Source: Octopus vulgaris
Taxonomy: Eukaryota
Assembly (NCBI GenBank): GCA_951406725.2
Contig: OX597825.1
Span: 75,392,001 to 75,456,000 of the forward strand
Reading direction: 5' to 3'
DNA: 64,000 bases
Shown here: positions 52,957-64,000 of the stretch, in pieces
How the letters are laid out: every line of letters starts with the position of its first letter
Numbering within the stretch: position 1 is the first letter of the stretch
Program-made: the position numbers and the translations under genes
The notes under the pieces: model-generated
What the model was told of the DNA's origin: nothing
The model's database searches: none
Seen by the model: the letters and a program-made list of their open reading frames with translations, nothing else

Positions 52957-55139
52957 AATTAATTGTATACAGTGCTCAGGTGCACCACAACTTGTCAGAA
53001 AGTGCATATAAAGTACATGCAGTAATGTAGAAATGTCTGGAAAGCGAACAATGTATGAGTCAGATACATGCTTGTGTGTGTATGGAGGGGAGAAAATCAA
53101 GTGTAGTGTTGGCAAATCTCAGGAAGCATGGAAGTTTTGAAGGATGCAGTGCTCCGACAACTAACAACTGATGCCGGCAGTTTGTTCCATGCTTCAGCAA
53201 CTCTCAGTGTGAAAAAATGTTTCCTGAAGTCATGGGAGCTGTGCTGTTTTCTTACTTTGTAAATATGTCCACGGGTGTTAGATGGGTGGAGTTTGAAAAG
53301 GTGCTCAGAGTTATTGTTTGTACGATGGTTGATAATTTTATGGGTGTCTGCTAAGTCAGCTGCCAGACGTCGGAGTTTCAATGTGTCCATGCTCAGGGAA
53401 GTAAGGCGTTCAGGATATGGCAAATGCCTGATGGAGGGTATTCTTTTGGTTGCACGTCGCTGAACAGCTTCCAGACGATTGATATCCTGGGCAAGATAGA
53501 GGTTCCAGACTGGTGATGCAAATTCCAGGTGAGGTCTTACCATAGCTATATAAAGCCGCAGATAGATAGCCGGAGAGCGGCTCACAAAGGATTTGGTGAG
53601 TGATGCCAAGACACCCTCAGCCTTCTTGACAATTTTAGTGATGTGTTTTGTCCAACGCAAATCACTGTCGACAATAACACCCAGGTCACGTTCACATGAA
53701 GACGTTTTGAGACTAGTGTTGTGGAGGGAGTAGGTGGACGCTGGGTTTCTCCTCCCAAAATGCATGGTGGTACATTTGTCCACAGCCAGCTTGAGTTGCC
53801 AGTCCATGATCCACTGCTGCATTGTGTCCAGGTCTGCTTGCAATAGAGATCTATAGTGTACAGGATTTGACCTCTTTATTTCGAGGTACAGCTTGATGTC
53901 ATCTGCATATTTCAGCACTGTGGCATTCTTTAAGTTGGCATCTATGTCATTAACATATGCAACACATGACCACACCAGTGCAGTTGTCTCTCTTGTGCAC
54001 CACATTTGATACTTCTTATGTCCAACTTTTCTCTCAGGGTGCTCACACTCTGTCATGTATGCACACTGACATTACACATCCAGTGCATCACACTAGCTTC
54101 ATTTCTTTCAAGCCTACGCATGTCCTCGGCAGCCATGGCCATGTTTTACTGCTGTGTAGCATGGCAGTTCGCACACATACACCATACAATCTACCTTTCA
54201 TAGCTGCGTCTCCAAGTCTCTCTCTCTTTGCAGCCTCATTAAATGCAAGTCATCTATGTAGTCAATTATATCCTATGACATCACGATTCTCTCTCACACA
54301 CTGTCTTGCAACTCGAAACACATCAAGTCTTTGGTCCTCATGATGCAGAACATTAGCAAATTTTTTCTAATCTGCTTCTCCTCTGGCTAAGTAAACCTGT
54401 CTCCTAGCTTCCCTTCTGGCGATCTGATACAGTTCCTTGCTACTACCATCCTTCCATGCCTGTTTCTTTTCCCTAATGGCCTTGTCAACTATATTGGCCC
54501 TGTCAATTCACTCCTGCTCCAGAGTGTCGGCTGCGGGGTCACTCCGAAAAGCTCTATCTGCAACGATTTCATCTCAATCGAAGGAGAGGGGCTTTCTCCA
54601 TCCGGGTTGCGGATCCGTGGAATAAGTTGCCGGACGAGATAGTGAAGATGCTGACGACCGCTCGGTTCAAAGTCTCCCTTGAAAACAAGTGGCCTGAACT
54701 CTTTACATGAACACCACCCTGTACATAACTCCATGTCCCCCTACATGGCCTTGCTTTTTGCTTTTTGAGCCAAAAAATTAATTAACTAACATACAAATAT
54801 GTATATATACATATACAAACATACAAATATGTATATATACATATACATGCATATATACATACACACACATACATCATCGTCGTAAACGACGATGATGATG
54901 ATACATATATACATACTATACTTGTCAAGCCATCCAAACCATACTAGAATGGAAAACAGAAGTTAAATGATGATGATGGTGATGTTAATGAAAATAATCA
55001 TCATCATCATCACCATCATCGTTTAACGTCCGCTTTCCATGCTAGCATGGGTTGGACGGCATATATATACAGACATACATATACATACTCACACACATAT
55101 ATACTTATACAAGTGTGTAGGTCTACCAATATACATTTA

Positions 55140-55171
<32 letters not shown>

Positions 55172-58100
55172 CACATACAGGATTGGTGATGAAAACAGGA
55201 AAATAGACCTCCAAACAGGAGTTTATGCTCTTCTCTTAACAATCGGCAGAAGTCTGAGTGACTGATTCAAGCACTTATCAAAGTGGTTGATAACCAGTTT
55301 GATAAGTACCAAAACTCTTGGCCTTTGAGTCACTCTGTAACTTCCGTTGATTATTAATAATTTTAAAAAAGCATGTGTGTGTGTATATGCTTCTTTTTCG
55401 GATATATGAGCCAATGATGATATATATCTAAAAATTGTCGCTTTAAAATCAGAGAGTAAATATCATTACAATATATATTATATGCAGTTATTATACAGTT
55501 ATTATACCATGAGCCTTCCATAGTAGCTTTCACTCTGTAACTCACAAAGCCTTTCGGGTTTGTTTATAAAAATATTATTTATGTAGTATTAAGATAAGAC
55601 AGTTTAGGTATATATTAACTGAATTTGACTGAAATTGATGGGTGAGCGTTTGGCCAATCAGATTTGCAAGGAGCCATGAAAGCATCGATTTGTGAGTTTG
55701 ATTCAGCCTGAGGTTAGCTCATAAATTTTTGGTTATTTGTTTATATTTAAAAATTGCTTTAAAATCAGAGAATAAATATCTTTTTACAGCTGAATGTCTT
55801 TCCTAACACTAACCACCCAGCAAAGTGGATTTAGTGCTTTTTACGTGGCACAAGCACAGGTGAGGTTAGTTTATATATATATATATATATACACCAGAAT
55901 AAGCCCATAAATGTGAAACAAGGTGGAAAAAAGAGTACTCAAATACCAGAGGTAGAGTAATATGCTTTGTTTAAAAGCAGCAGAAATACAACAAAAGCTG
56001 TTACTCAGAGTTTCATATTCCCATTCGTTGGACAGTTTTGTTAAAAAAAACTGTCTGACGAATGGGAACGTGAAACTCTGAGTAACGGCTTTTGTTATAT
56101 TTCTGCTGCTTTTGAATAAAGTGTGTATATATATATATATATATCATCATCATCATCATTTAATGTCTATTTTCCATGCTGGTATGGGTTGGACGGTTTG
56201 TTTGACTGAAAACTGGTAAACTGGGAGCAACACTAGGTTCCAATTTGATTTGACATGGTTTCTATGGCTGGATGCCCTTCTTAATGCCAGCTACTCCAAG
56301 AGTGTAGCGAGTGCTTTTTATGTGCCAGTTTCATAACATCAGCATTGGCCATGACTACAATCTCACATGGCTTGACAGGTCCATCTCAAGCACAGTGTAT
56401 TGCCAAAGGTCTCGGTCACTTGTCACTGCCTCCATGAGGCTCAACATTCGAAGGATGCTTTTTACACGCCACCACACACACATTAGTCTTCGTCCCTCCC
56501 ATACAGCTGGTCTGTACATCAATTACCAAGATGTTTCCAATCATCCCAGTTTTGAGCATAGTCACCTGCATCTTCCCAGGTGATGCTAAGTTGCATCAGA
56601 TCTTCTTTGACAGTGGTGCACCATGTCTTTTTGAGTGTCCCTCTCTTCCTTCATTCCTCTGGTGGTACCAAAGGCTTAGTTGTTTTGGGCATTTATCCTT
56701 CTGAGTTGGAAAACCAAACCTGTGAGTTTCGCTCTTCCTTTTGCCACAATTTCCTGCAGGCTGCACAGTATATTAAATATATCACAACTATCATTATTTT
56801 ATGTACATTTTTCCATGTTGATTTGGGTTGGAGTCATCATGGTCTCAGTAAGTTCTTATTCAGTGTTACTGCCCTTCTTGATGGGTTAAGGATGTGGGGA
56901 CAACCTCTCACTTGTATTTTCCATTTTTAGCATGGTTTCTATAACTAGATGTCCTTCCAAAATACAACTACTTTAGTGAGTGTACTGAGAGCATTATTAT
57001 TATTTTCATTGTGTGTGTGCATGTGTGTGTGTATATGTATATATATATATCTTTATATATAAAAGTGAGGTTGTGTGCTGTCTGTCTCCTACGATTTAGA
57101 TTCCTAACTACTCCCACATTTTGCGGTGTAGTTTAACCAAAACCGGGTATCTTATAGTGGTGATTCATATCGAGCCCTTCTGGGTATTAGCGCGCGTCTA
57201 CGGTGAGTCTATGATTTTAAAAAAAATTTACCATGAATTTTTCCCATTTTTAATCCATTTTTGGCATATATAAGGGAAGTAACTCTCTAAAAATTTATTA
57301 TTAAATCTCAGAACGTAAAAAGCTACAGTAACATCCCCCTTTGTGGTTAGCCATATTGAGATGGCTATTATACTTTACATCTCTAAAAATGCTTATATAG
57401 TTATTTCCCTTACAAACCCGAGCAATGCCGGGCGATACTGCTAGTATATATATAAAATAAATAACAAATGGTGGTTACATATCACTTCATTACAGCTGTT
57501 TCCAACAGATTTTTAAAATAAATTAATGAATACATTACATCATAACCAAAAAAAAAATGCTTTCTTCAGATGATACAATATAAGAACAACACTCTACCTT
57601 AGTGGGTGAGCTGAACCTGATTCCAGCTGATGCTGGCCTGGAATTCAACCCAACCTGATGCATACCATTTAAGTAACTGATTTATCTGAATCCATAATAT
57701 TGGGTATACATATATACATTCATGTATGTATATATATACACAATGAACTTTCAGTTTCCATTTATCAAATTCACTCACAAAGTTTTGGTTAGTTGAGACT
57801 GAACCCAAAAAGCCTGTGGTCGGGATGCATGTTTCGACCCCACAGTCACACCTGTCCATGTGTGTGTGTGTGTGTGTAGGGGTTTGTGTCTTCAGGTCTT
57901 GACATTACAGAGTAGTTGTAAGTGAGTGTCTTTGTCATACAAGCAGAGTCCTTCATTTCCAACCTGATGAGAAAACATGCCCAACCATGAGGCAATATTA
58001 CTTTGCTCCAACCCAGGTGATAGTTAGTGATAGGAAGGGCAACCAAGTGTAGAAAGGCTGCCTCAACAAATATCATCTAACCCATATGAGCACGGAAAAG

Positions 58101-60942
58101 TAGATGTTATAATGATGATGCTAAGTATCAGCATCATTTTAACATCCACTTTCCCAAGCTCGTATGCATTGGATGTAATTCGTTGGGGCAGATTTTCTAT
58201 GGCGAAACGCCCTTTCTCTCATTATATATATATAAACACATATGCACACAACATAACTTTAGTCTGAAGCTATAGTAGGAAACACTTTACCAAGGTGCCA
58301 TGCAATGAGACTAAACCTGAAATCTTGTGGTTGCCAAGCAAACCTCTTAACCATACAGCCATGCCGTAGATGAAAATATTAAATGTGTTTGTCTCTAGAT
58401 ATGAGAATATTCCACTCCTACTTGGCTTTCAATACCAAAAGCAAAATGGCAAAGTACCAAATACAAAGCATAGTTTTGTATTTGTTCCAAATCTCTGCAT
58501 CTTGAGTTCTAATTCCCATTGAGGTCAACTTAGCTTTTCAACTTCTTGAAGTTATAAAATATCAGTCAAGAATGATGGATTGACAGAGCTGTGAGACCAT
58601 CAGATGAAATTGTTCACAGTGCCTATTCCAGCACTTTGCACGTTTTGTTGCCTAGTTTAATACCACCAGTTGATTCTTGGCTATTCTCAGCAGAATCCAC
58701 TCTGTTGTCAACATTCAACTCTGGTTTCCAATTCAAGGACACCTTCCTCCTACTAGCCTCTAGAAAAGATAAAGTGTCTTACTACATGCATTGCCTTTCT
58801 CTCTCTGACTAAACAGTAAAACAAATTATGAAGAGAGTTTTGAATTGGAAGTTGACAATCAATGTCACACCTAAGGCCTGAAGTTGTTTACATACCAGCA
58901 GTGTAGCTGGGGATGGGGCACGGGTGCAGTCAGCTCCAGGCAACACTTTAATGTGAGCAGTGCTTTGGGGTCTGCTGTATAAGACTGGGTAGGGGCTGGG
59001 AGTGCACAGAAAATTCAAGGGTTGCTCTGCATGGTACACACACTTGCTATGCTAGTTTCATACCCTGTAGCTGACTACCATGATGTTTTACTAATTACTG
59101 TAAACCAATTAGAGTACACTAGGGTAGCACAATGAGATGGCTTGTGTTGGCACTGACATTCAACAGATGGTGGTTTGAAAGTTAGGAGCCAGATTTAACC
59201 TTTAGTTCAGCATGCATCCATTCAAAACTGATAATTGATAGAAATGCGTAAATTTAAATGAGCAAACAACCAAATTAGCTGAGAATAAGGACAACAAGCT
59301 GTTTCTAAAGTGGTCAGCTTTAGATGGGGACCATTTTGCTTCAATAAGAGGTAAAAGCTTTGTATATGTGAATTTGAGGAAACAATTTAGATAAAAAATA
59401 TGAACAACAGGAATTTTGTTCAGGTTCTTTACATTCAGAAATAAAATCCTGCCAATGATAACTTTCTTTTCTCCGGGGTTGATAAAATCATCTGAATTTG
59501 GAGAAATAGTCACAGTTCTGGACAAGAGATTTTGTAGTATCTGTTTTGGTTGTGTACGCAGACAGGTGTCAAAAACTTGTGTCAGACCGACAAGATGGTG
59601 TCTGGCGCACGCACACACACACAGAGGAAAGCAACAGGAAACGTTTTTGCATCCTCCAACGAAAATTCCCTGACAAGCATAAAGCGCTTATCGAGAAAAT
59701 TATCGGGTATCGTTCGTTGATCAGAAGGCTCAGGGAGAAGAAATTGTTTTTAAATACCTAAGCTGTGGTCTTAGTTTCTAGTCAGCCAACATACATATAT
59801 ATATATATCTCTCTATATATAAACGGCAGTTTGTCTGTGTGTGTTTCTGTGTGTCTGTCAGGTTGTACCCTCACCCTGACCACGGCTTTCAACCGATTCT
59901 GAAGAAACTTGACACACACATAGCCCAATGTCATAATTCAAAACTAACGCAGCGAAAATTTTGAAAAGTTCCCCCAGTTCTAAAAAAAATCGATAAATTC
60001 GACATGGGGTCGAGAATCAGAAACCCATACCACAGACCGTCTAGGGGACGCAACTCCACCTTTTTTAACTCTCAAAAAAAATTTACCATAATTTTTTTTC
60101 CATTTTTTTGCTATTTTTTGGCTATAACTCTCTAAAAATGCTTTATAGTTATTTCCCTTACAAACCTGAGCAACGCCGGGCGATACTGCTAGTATATATA
60201 TATATATATACCTAGGAACAACGTGGCTATTTTATATAAGTTGTTTAGAATTTCACGTGTTTGTGTGTCTAAATACGTATAAATCTAATAACTTTCTAGC
60301 ATTACATAAAAGTTGAGATTATCGCTAATGCTATCGGAAGAAAGCATAGATTGCTATCCCACCTTTTGAACTAAACAAATAAATGTACGTACGTAAGCAA
60401 TTATTATAAATTCAATTCTCTTCATGTACATACAAATCCGAATTGATAATTTTTGCAGGGACTGGTCAAAATAAATGTGAAACATTTCGACAGAAAGTCA
60501 AAAATATCTTGACATCAAATATTTTTATAGTTTAATGGAATTCACCCTGGCAAAGCAGAGACATTGATGCCAAAAGCTTTCCGAGAGTGATTCCAAGATG
60601 TGGTTTCGATCCCTGGTCAAATCTATTTACGCTGTTGATAACGTTGGGAAATACATAAACAACAAAGCATCACATTTCTTCTTCTTCTTCTTCTTCCCTA
60701 TTTCGTCCAGGGACCAAATAAACTGAGATACTTGCTCGCACATTCCTCAGAGATAAATGACGGACAATAAACAATAAATTTATGGGCTTAAATTAAAACC
60801 GGTTATATCGTGTCAAACTAGGATAGAGAGATATTATCATAAAAAACTTACTTTTGGAAAGAAACCTTTCCTCGTGGAGGATACAGATCGCATTAAGACA
60901 AAGTAAGGTGGCTTCTAAAAGTGAATACAAAGTAAAAGCCAT
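50115..60942 (-). CDS. IER3IP1: Immediate early response 3-interacting protein 1 (Yos1 family ER membrane protein), 81 aa; exons 60942-60852, 51730-51632, 50170-50115
   Basis: Spliced product MAFTLYSLLEATLLCLNAICILHEERFLSKIGWGTAEQRGFGEQPGIKAQLINLVRAIRTVMKIPLIGLNVLTIVVKLLFG* closely matches the IER3IP1/Yos1 sequence as recalled; GTAAG donors, TTTCAG acceptors, phases 1/1. Confidence 0.95.
50202..50531 (+). mobile_element. RTE 3'-tail element in IER3IP1 intron 2
   Basis: Subrepeats, GGAAGGGCATCCAGCTGTAGAAAC and a (GAT)n tail. Confidence 0.75.
51209..51590 (+). mobile_element. SINE family A
   Basis: Near-identical to 12481-12880. Confidence 0.85.
52214..52405. repeat. Inverted repeat, ~66-bp arms, ~60-bp spacer
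   Basis: AAAATAGAAAATTACCCTTTACCAGGTAATTTTTA..GCTAGAAATAGCAGCCAAAC versus its reverse complement at 52340-52405. Confidence 0.85.
52790..54490 (-). mobile_element. Degenerate RTE LINE fragment interrupted by a CR1 insertion
   Basis: Minus frame ..RRLERNEASVMHWMCNVSVHT..LHWCGHVLHM| resumes as NEDSCVRRCHSLTVEGTCGRGRPRKT beyond the CR1 tail; homologous to 14211-14579. Confidence 0.75.
52926..53957 (-). mobile_element. 5'-truncated CR1-clade LINE (RT C-terminal half, open to 53097) with (ATT)n tail
   Basis: YVNDI..KYADDIKLY (RT catalytic motif), WQLKLAVDKC, ERDLGVIVD, RPHLEFASPVW, LEAVQRRATK, TRGH..FFTLRVAEAWNKLP. Confidence 0.9.
54505..54790 (+). mobile_element. Second CR1-family 3' end fragment
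   Basis: Plus frame RLRGHSEKLYLQRFHLNRRRGAFSIRVADPWNKLPDEIVKMLTTARFKVSLE. Confidence 0.7.
55965..56121. repeat. Near-perfect ~157-bp palindrome containing two opposed hammerhead motifs
   Basis: Arms 55965-56039 and 56047-56121 are reverse complements of each other. Confidence 0.85.
56051..56088 (+). ncRNA. Minimal type I hammerhead motif (mutated antisense twin at ~55998-56035)
   Basis: CTGT-CTGACGA-ATG ggaa CGT-GAAA-CTCTGAG-TA-ACGG. Confidence 0.55.
57050..57444 (+). mobile_element. Non-autonomous Helitron-like element
   Basis: 5' A|TC, 3' CTAG|T, subterminal hairpin CCCGAGCAATGCCGGG; inserted in (TA)n with no TSD. Confidence 0.7.
57487..57573 (-). ncRNA. Degenerate type I hammerhead-like motif
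   Basis: Minus strand: TCAT-CTGAAGA-...-GAAA-CAGCTG-TA-ATGA; stem II poorly paired; related to 8607-8677. Confidence 0.35.
59808..60192 (+). mobile_element. Non-autonomous Helitron-like element
   Basis: TC...CTAG termini in (TA)n; 3' ~65 bp nearly identical to 57050-57444. Confidence 0.7.
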
Positions 60943-61282
60943 GTTGGCAACGGAAGTGGAAAACACTTTGGCAAATATGATATAGTTTTCGGATTAAAAA
61001 TATTCCACCCAATTTTATATAAATATAAGTTATATTTTGACAAATTCCATGAAATACAGGTGTAATTCAAAACCATTCAATTAGTTACATAGAAAATTGT
61101 GATGAATAGCAATGATGAAACGGTAATTATTTGCAGTATTATTCAAATAATTGTTTCCGATGCGGAATATTTTGTAAGGGTGACTCTTTTTGTGTCGACA
61201 CCGTTTTAAAGAACAACAACATGAGAAACGTCTTGTCGATTAATTAATCTCTGTTAATGAAATAATTTCAATAACATTCAGT
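60943..61282. promoter_or_regulatory. Putative bidirectional promoter between IER3IP1 and TTI2
   Basis: 340 bp between divergent ATGs, free of repeats; ETS/GABP-type CGGAAGTG at 60951-60958. Confidence 0.6.
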
Positions 61283-62872
61283 ATGACTGATAAATTGATT
61301 TCAGATTTATGGGAAGATATCGTAGGTTCAAGTGCGTCTGATATAGACGGTAACTGTAACCTGGAGAGTATAGTCGATCAAATGCGGCAATCGCATTCAT
61401 TCACCGACGTAATTCATCAGATTTCCATCGAGCTTCAGTCGTGCACTTGCAGCCCGTTGTGTAAGTTAAACCTCGTCGTTGTATTCGTTCAGTTATGTCC
61501 TGAAATATATTTTGAATCTAATCACCAAGAAGAAATGCTGATAGCAAGTTCCACAAAAAATACATTTTCTGAAGACAACGATGTGAAACTCCTACAAAAG
61601 ATTGTTACGCATGCATATGTTGAAGAATTTAGAGACCGCGAGATTTACGAATACACGGCAGATGATTTCCCTAATGCTGTTACGAGAGCAAATTTGGTGT
61701 TTAAATCATTCACTTTGCTTCTTCAAAATCAAAAAGCTTCCAAACGGATTTTCTGCAGAAACGAATCTCTTGACTTGGTTGCTTTGTTGTGCAGTTTAGC
61801 AGCTTCTCATGCCGAACCCGGTCCGTGGACGAGCGAAACTACAGTTGTTGCAGCGAACAGTATTATCAATGCCCTTGCAAAATTCTACTCTTGTCGAAAT
61901 TCCCAGGAACTTCTCCTTTTAGCCAATGAACATGGCTTTACAAACCCCGAAGATTCATGGCACACGAAGTCAATTTTCCGCAAAATATTAAATTTAAACC
62001 AACCTCGCCTGCGTAAGGAAAACTGGAATAAAAATCCCTTTGCAAAAGCTGCTTTCTGTTGGTGTTTGGGGAACGTAGAACACCCATATCTCAGTTTTTA
62101 TTTAGACCATGTTTTGACTCCGGTACTTTTGTTTGTTGATGACTTTGTGAGTGAACATAAACTGACTGGTATAAAATACTTGAATTACATCATTGATAAT
62201 GTAAGCAAAGAAGAACTACGATGGTACAACAGAGATGCTGTCATCTTTGATGCTTTAAAGCATCAGTTATTCACCCAGGAAGAAAGTGTGTTGGAAACTA
62301 CATTGTCTTCTCTGCTCTCTATTCTTTCCATTCTAGAAAAACCACCTTCCAAACTAGAAAATATAAGCTATAACCGTTATGATGAAATATTTACCTCAGT
62401 CCTGTACAACGCACAAATAGAAAACCAGCTATCATTTCGGCGTGTGTATACTAGTTATATTCCTAAATTCATTCACCTTATGGGAATGACAGTTGTTCGA
62501 CACACGAAACAATTTCTACAACTTGTAGAATCTTATTTAGAAATTTATGATGGGCCACACGAAGTTGCTCGGTTAAATGTACTTGCTAGTCTCAAAAGCT
62601 TCATTAAAGTTTCATGGCCAAGAATACAACACCATAATGATAAATTGGTAAAAATACTACTCAGGCTTGTCTATGATGTAGCTGTTGAGGACGTCTATGT
62701 AATTCCTAATGATGTGAAACAGAAAGTAATCAGTGAAGTTGTAGAGATTTTAGGTATTTTAAGAATGCTGAATAAAGAACGGGTGGAGAATCTTTTGCAT
62801 GCTGTCAGCGGAAAATTGAATATTCCTGCATTTCAAGAGGCTGTGGAATCTGTCTTGAATATTTGTATTTAA
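61283..62872 (+). CDS. TTI2: TELO2-interacting protein 2 (TTT complex subunit), single-exon ORF, 529 aa
   Basis: WNKNPFAKAAFCWCL..PYLSFYLDHVLTPVLLFVDD..HKLTGIKYLNYIIDNVSKEELRWYNRDAVIFDAL..RRVY..RH..YLEIYDGPHEVARL..WPRI match TTI2 (C8orf41) family motifs; length is similar to metazoan TTI2. Confidence 0.88.
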   Translation: MTDKLISDLWEDIVGSSASDIDGNCNLESIVDQMRQSHSFTDVIHQISIELQSCTCSPLCKLNLVVVFVQLCPEIYFESNHQEEMLIASSTKNTFSEDNDVKLLQKIVTHAYVEEFRDREIYEYTADDFPNAVTRANLVFKSFTLLLQNQKASKRIFCRNESLDLVALLCSLAASHAEPGPWTSETTVVAANSIINALAKFYSCRNSQELLLLANEHGFTNPEDSWHTKSIFRKILNLNQPRLRKENWNKNPFAKAAFCWCLGNVEHPYLSFYLDHVLTPVLLFVDDFVSEHKLTGIKYLNYIIDNVSKEELRWYNRDAVIFDALKHQLFTQEESVLETTLSSLLSILSILEKPPSKLENISYNRYDEIFTSVLYNAQIENQLSFRRVYTSYIPKFIHLMGMTVVRHTKQFLQLVESYLEIYDGPHEVARLNVLASLKSFIKVSWPRIQHHNDKLVKILLRLVYDVAVEDVYVIPNDVKQKVISEVVEILGILRMLNKERVENLLHAVSGKLNIPAFQEAVESVLNICI

Positions 62873-64000
62873 TCAAACATTATAACTTCTTTTTGTTTTT
62901 GCATTTATAAATGTTGTTTATAAATGTTTATAAAACTTATGGAAGGAGCATCACCCACCATGTGTGTGTAGAATTATATATATGCATACACATATGTGTT
63001 TGTGAGATGTGAAGGTTGCAGTCTACAAGCAGTGTTGTCTCTTCTGCCTACAATTCATCTATTTGCTTTGTGCCTTTGTTAACATCTGCAATAAGAAATT
63101 CCTTACTTGAAAAAACATGTGAGGGTCATCAAAAGAAAAGGATATCCAGCTGTGAAACAATAATATATGCAAGCATGAAAAAGAAACAGACATAAAACAA
63201 ATAAATGTATACAGATAAAGAGGGAAACGGGAAGAATTGAATCTAAAAAAAAAAAGATTAATGGTGGCCCATGTCAAAATCTCAAACAACAACAGGTCCC
63301 AAAAATAAAATGAGAGCAGAAATGTAAAGAAACACTTTGAGGTTTATGAAAACTTACTAATAACTAATTTTCCTCAGATCCTATGGATTTGTGTTAGTGA
63401 CCAAATCATAGAAGTTAGAGAGGGAAATTTCAGTATCTCAGGTACTTAATGAAAAATGATTATAACGGGTTTTGTGTATTCATGTATATACGCATATATA
63501 TATATATGTGTGTGTGTGTGTGAGTATGTGTATTCATAAAAGATTTGTTCAGTACTTTTTCTCTTTGTACATTCTGACACATGGCCATTCTTCTTCCCCA
63601 AAACCTTAATCACACAGGTTAGGTGTTAGACTGCAGGTCTCAACACTCATGTTAATCTTGTAATTTTTCATTTACTTTTTATAAAAATGTATTCAAAAGC
63701 AGCAAATGTGTTATCTCATTATCACCAACGTCTCTTTTGAGCAACCCTCAAATAATGCTTTTCTTGTTGAGATAAAGGACCACTGGTTTTCTATCTTCAT
63801 TTAATGCTACAATCCCTTTCGCTATAATATCTCAGGAAAGGAAAAATCTGACTGCTTGTCTTTGCCAAAGAAGGTGGTAGAAGCAAGATTCATGATGGAA
63901 TTGGTTGACAGTAGGGTTTATTCACAGGCATAATCTTGTACTGAGATGATATGGAGGTTTGGAAAGAATTCTTAGAAGATATTTAGGTGCTTTTCTTGCA

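Noticed and set aside
53097-54056. 319-aa ORF as a host gene
   Set aside because: Truncated CR1 reverse transcriptase fused by chance to out-of-frame RTE DNA.

Overview
Eukaryotic, AT-rich, repeat-dense genomic DNA. The SINE, RTE-tail and microsatellite content points to a coleoid cephalopod, most likely Octopus (inference). Four protein-coding genes were assembled by hand from GT-AG splice sites and family motifs. (1) The last three exons of an alpha-arrestin/ARRDC gene (+, 105-6493). (2) A complete perilipin gene with 9 coding exons (+, 33778-43234, 424 aa) and a probable non-coding first exon and CRE/TATA promoter near 28.0-28.2 kb. (3) IER3IP1/Yos1 (-, 3 exons, 81 aa), not visible as a gene in the ORF track. 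(4) An intronless TTI2 ORF (+, 529 aa) head-to-head with IER3IP1. The rest is tRNA-SINEs, RTE/CR1/HERO LINE fragments, pogo/mariner/hAT/piggyBac-like/Helitron remnants and microsatellites. The main unexpected signal is about 9 minimal type I hammerhead-ribozyme motifs, most with palindromic stem III. One lies in a 353-nt, circularly permuted, TSD-flanked retrozyme/pLTR-like unit (23493-23942). Two loci carry inverted hammerhead pairs forming long hairpins inside host introns. All calls are by eye; no database search or folding computation was run.
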